Shown: piece by piece, positions 61,260 through 64,000 of the stretch
How the letters are laid out: each line of letters starts with the position of its first letter
Numbering within the stretch: the first letter of the stretch is position 1
NCBI GenBank assembly: GCA_963812605.1
Contig: CAWEWF010000014.1
Coordinates: 320,001 to 384,000 of the forward strand
DNA: 64,000 nt
Reading direction: 5' to 3'
Source: an uncultured Verrucomicrobiae bacterium
Lineage (GTDB): Bacteria > Verrucomicrobiota > Verrucomicrobiia > Palsa-1439
Notes under the pieces: model-generated
Told to the model about the DNA's origin: nothing
Database searches by the model: none
What the model saw: only the letters and a program-made list of their open reading frames with translations
Program-made: the position numbers and the translations under genes

Positions 61260-62148
61260 ATGTTTACGGGTACTCATACGGCCTTAATCACGCCGTTCAC
61301 CAAAGACGGGAAGATCGACGAGCCGCGGCTGCGACAGCTTGTCGAACAGCAGATCGCCGCCGGCATCGATGGTCTCGTTCCCTTGCGGGACGACGGGCGA
61401 ATCGCCCACGTTAGACCACGAGGAACACAACCACGTCATCGAACTCGTCGTGAAGTTTGCGGCGAAACGCTGTGCGGTCATTGCGGGTACCGGATCGAAC
61501 TCGACCGCCGAGGCGATTTTCATGACGCAATACGCCAAGAAAGTCGGGGCGGACGCGTCGCTGCAGGTCGCGCCGTATTACAACAAACCGACACAGGCGG
61601 GACTCTACGCCCACTTTCGCGCGATTGCGGAGCAGGCGGACATTCCGCTCATCCTGTACAACATTCCCGGACGCTGCGGCGTGGACATCGCGAACGACAC
61701 GATTGCGCGGCTGCGAAGTGATTTGCCGAAGCATATCGTCGGATTGAAAGAGGCGACAGGCATCGTGGATCGCGTCAGCCAATTGCGTACACTTGTTGAC
61801 CGTGATTTTTGCATTCTTTCGGGAGATGATTCCCTAACGCTGCCGTTGATGAGCGTGGGAGCGGTGGGCGTGATCAGCGTGGCTTCGAACATGATCCCGC
61901 GTGAGGTCACGGAGATGACGCATGCCGCGTTGAAGGGGGATTTTGAACGGGCTGGTCGCATCCACACGAAACTGTTTCCGCTCTTCAAAGACCTGTTTTG
62001 CGAAACGAGCCCAATTCCACTCAAGGCCGCCATGGCCATGATGGGCCTGTGCGAAGAAACATATCGGCTGCCGCTGGTGCCCATGGGCGACGCGAATCGC
62101 GCGCAATTGAAGAAGACGCTGTTGGCTCTCGGCTTGGTGAAAGCGTGA
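61260..62148 (+). CDS. dapA: 4-hydroxy-tetrahydrodipicolinate synthase (frameshift near 61380)
   Basis: TALITPF, GTTGES, GSNST, PYYNKP, YNIPGR, GLKEA, LSGDD. Confidence 0.95.
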
Positions 62149-62826
62149 GCCCCGTCAAAGTCATCATCTGCGGCGCCAAAGGCCGCATGGGACGTTCGCT
62201 CATCACTTGCGCGGCGGAAGATCCAGAACTGCAAGTCGTTGCCGAGATTGATCAAGGCGACGATCTCGCGAGGGTCATCGCGCGGCGCAGATGCGATTAT
62301 CGACTTTTCCGTGCGTGAGGCAACCGCTGCGGTCGCCAAACTGGCCGCGGACCATAAGAAGGCGCTCGTGATCGGCACCACGGGTCATGGCGATGATGAG
62401 AAGAAGATGTTGCTTGGTGTGTTGAAAGCGATTCCCGTCGTCTGGTCGGCCAACTTCAGCACAGGCGTGAACACATTGTTTTGGATGACGCAAAAAGTGG
62501 CGGAAATCGTTGGCAACGAATGGGAGGTCGAAGTTGTCGAAACCCATCACACCGCCAAGAAAGACGCCCCGAGCGGCACGGCGAAGCGTTTGCAGGAAAT
62601 CCTGAAACAGGTCCGCGGCAGGGATGTGCCCGCTCATGCGTTGCGCATCGGGGATGCCATCGGCGATCACACGGTCATGTTCGGTACGCCAGGCGAACGC
62701 CTTGAATTGACGCATCGTGCCAGCAGTCGTGAGACGTTTGCGCGCGGGGCGCTCCGCGCCGCGAAATGGGCCGTCAAACAAAAACCCGGCCTCTACGACA
62801 TGCAGGACGTGTTGGGGCTTCGCTAA
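62145..62826 (+). CDS. dapB: 4-hydroxy-tetrahydrodipicolinate reductase (frameshift near 62280)
   Basis: GAKGRMG, IDFS, GTTG, NFSTG, ETHH..KKDAPSGTA, F.RGA. Confidence 0.95.
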
Positions 62827-62828
62827 CC

Positions 62829-63293
62829 GTGAAACGAGAACTGATCCTTGGTTGCCTGGTGATCGGTGTTTTCTCGTCGTGCTCGCAGCTGGGGAGAAGC
62901 GAAATGCCCTCGTCCAGCCCGCGCGCCTCGGAAATACGGACGGCCCTGAATCGGTCCGTCATTCCAGAAGTCGACCTGGAAAATGTGAAGGCCGAGGATG
63001 CCCTGAAATATTGGGACGAAACCAGTACCTCGTATGATCCCCGGCATTTCAAGTTCATGCACGTCATCTCGTACCCGATGACGTACTCAGTGCAACCGAC
63101 AGCAACGGGCGCGACCCGCAGCGTGCCAGCGGTTGTTCCCACGCCAGCGCTGCACAAAGTAACCGTGCACCGCAAGAACATCACCGCGAAGCGATTGTTG
63201 GACGAGATTTGCCAGCAAGCCAATCTGGTGTGGACCATCATGGGACGGGAGATTGTCGTTAAGCCCAAGCCGCCTGCCGGCGCGCAACCATGA
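62829..63293 (+). CDS. hypothetical lipoprotein (STN-like fold possible)
   Basis: Lipobox SSC; IPEVDLENV..EDAL, LLDEICQQANL.W.I. Confidence 0.6.
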   Translation: MKRELILGCLVIGVFSSCSQLGRSEMPSSSPRASEIRTALNRSVIPEVDLENVKAEDALKYWDETSTSYDPRHFKFMHVISYPMTYSVQPTATGATRSVPAVVPTPALHKVTVHRKNITAKRLLDEICQQANLVWTIMGREIVVKPKPPAGAQP

Positions 63294-63790
63294 AGGTCGG
63301 ACTGGCTTTCGGCTCGAACCTTGGCGACCGGCTGAAGTATTTGCAGCAGGCCAAAGCGTATGCATTGAGCCTGTCGCCGGATGGATGGCATGTCGCCTCA
63401 CCGTTGTACGAAACGGAACCGCTCAATTGCCCGCCAAATTCACCAAAGTTTCTCAATGCCGTGATGGAAATCGAATTTGCAGGCACGCCGAAGGCATTGT
63501 TGGAAAAGATCCAGGCGTACGAAGTCGCGCACGGACGCGACCGCGACCTGCCGAAAAACGCCGCGCGCACGATCGATATCGATATTCTCTACTTCGGCGA
63601 GGAGGAAATCCGTGAGCAGGAATTGATGGTGCCGCATCCGCGGATGGCGGAGCGGCGGTTCGTGCTTCTGCCGCTTTCGAAGATCCGTCCCCACCTGATT
63701 GTGAAGGGCACCGGCAAGACGGTGCGGACGCTCTTACGGGAGTTGCCGGGAGGGAAGGGAGAGGTTAAATTCGTGCAACAGGATTGGTGA
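63290..63790 (+). CDS. folK: 2-amino-4-hydroxy-6-hydroxymethyldihydropteridine diphosphokinase
   Basis: [37 protein letters not shown]. Confidence 0.95.
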   Translation: MKVGLAFGSNLGDRLKYLQQAKAYALSLSPDGWHVASPLYETEPLNCPPNSPKFLNAVMEIEFAGTPKALLEKIQAYEVAHGRDRDLPKNAARTIDIDILYFGEEEIREQELMVPHPRMAERRFVLLPLSKIRPHLIVKGTGKTVRTLLRELPGGKGEVKFVQQDW

Positions 63791-63797
63791 ACGCATC

Positions 63798-64000
63798 ATG
63801 AACGAGCGTAAAATCAACATCCACAGTTTGCGTGCAATGAAGCAACGCGGCGAAAAGATTGCGGCGCTGACCGCTTATGATTTCTTCACGGCGAAAATCA
63901 TGGACGAAGTGGGAGTCCATCTTATCCTGGTTGGCGATTCAGTCGGCATGGCGGTGCTGGGCTATGAGAATACGTTGCCGGTCACGATGGAAGACATGAT
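63798..64000 (+). CDS. panB: 3-methyl-2-oxobutanoate hydroxymethyltransferase (truncated at window end)
   Basis: [29 protein letters not shown]. Confidence 0.93.
   Translation, partial: MNERKINIHSLRAMKQRGEKIAALTAYDFFTAKIMDEVGVHLILVGDSVGMAVLGYENTLPVTMEDM

Overview
GC-rich bacterial chromosomal window, probably PVC superphylum / Verrucomicrobia-like. This is inferred from the PEP-CTERM proteins, an RRM RNA-binding protein, a GYF-domain protein and the repeat types. Positions 1-26.2 kb are a cell-surface glycosylation island. It holds rare-sugar genes (rfbA/rfbB, RfbH/DdhC, a YerE-like ThDP enzyme, an NDP-sugar C-methyltransferase, a GDP-sugar dehydratase-like enzyme) and four polyprenol-phosphate-type GT2 enzymes. 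It also holds four stand-alone class I SAM methyltransferases and five GT-C-like polytopic membrane proteins, with a sixth at 37-38.5 kb. Positions 28-34 kb carry a PEP-CTERM cluster and a complete IS1182 (16-bp IRs, TCAA target duplication). The rest is mostly housekeeping (argG, argH, mscL, csp, two FKBPs, metH, dapA, dapB, folK, panB) with small accessory islets. The best leads are: (i) a SAM-I/IV-type riboswitch with terminator controlling an unannotated 63-aa ORF upstream of metH; (ii) a tightly coupled ADP-ribosyltransferase-like plus cytoplasmic trypsin-protease gene pair; (iii) the modular GT2/methyltransferase/GT-C glycosylation system with an unexplained tandem membrane + winged-helix-like pair; (iv) an in-frame palindromic repeat inside metH. 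About 19 single-base frameshifts, including in core genes, most likely reflect sequencing or assembly indels. No tRNA, rRNA or CRISPR array was seen. All product calls are from motif recognition only; no database searches were run.
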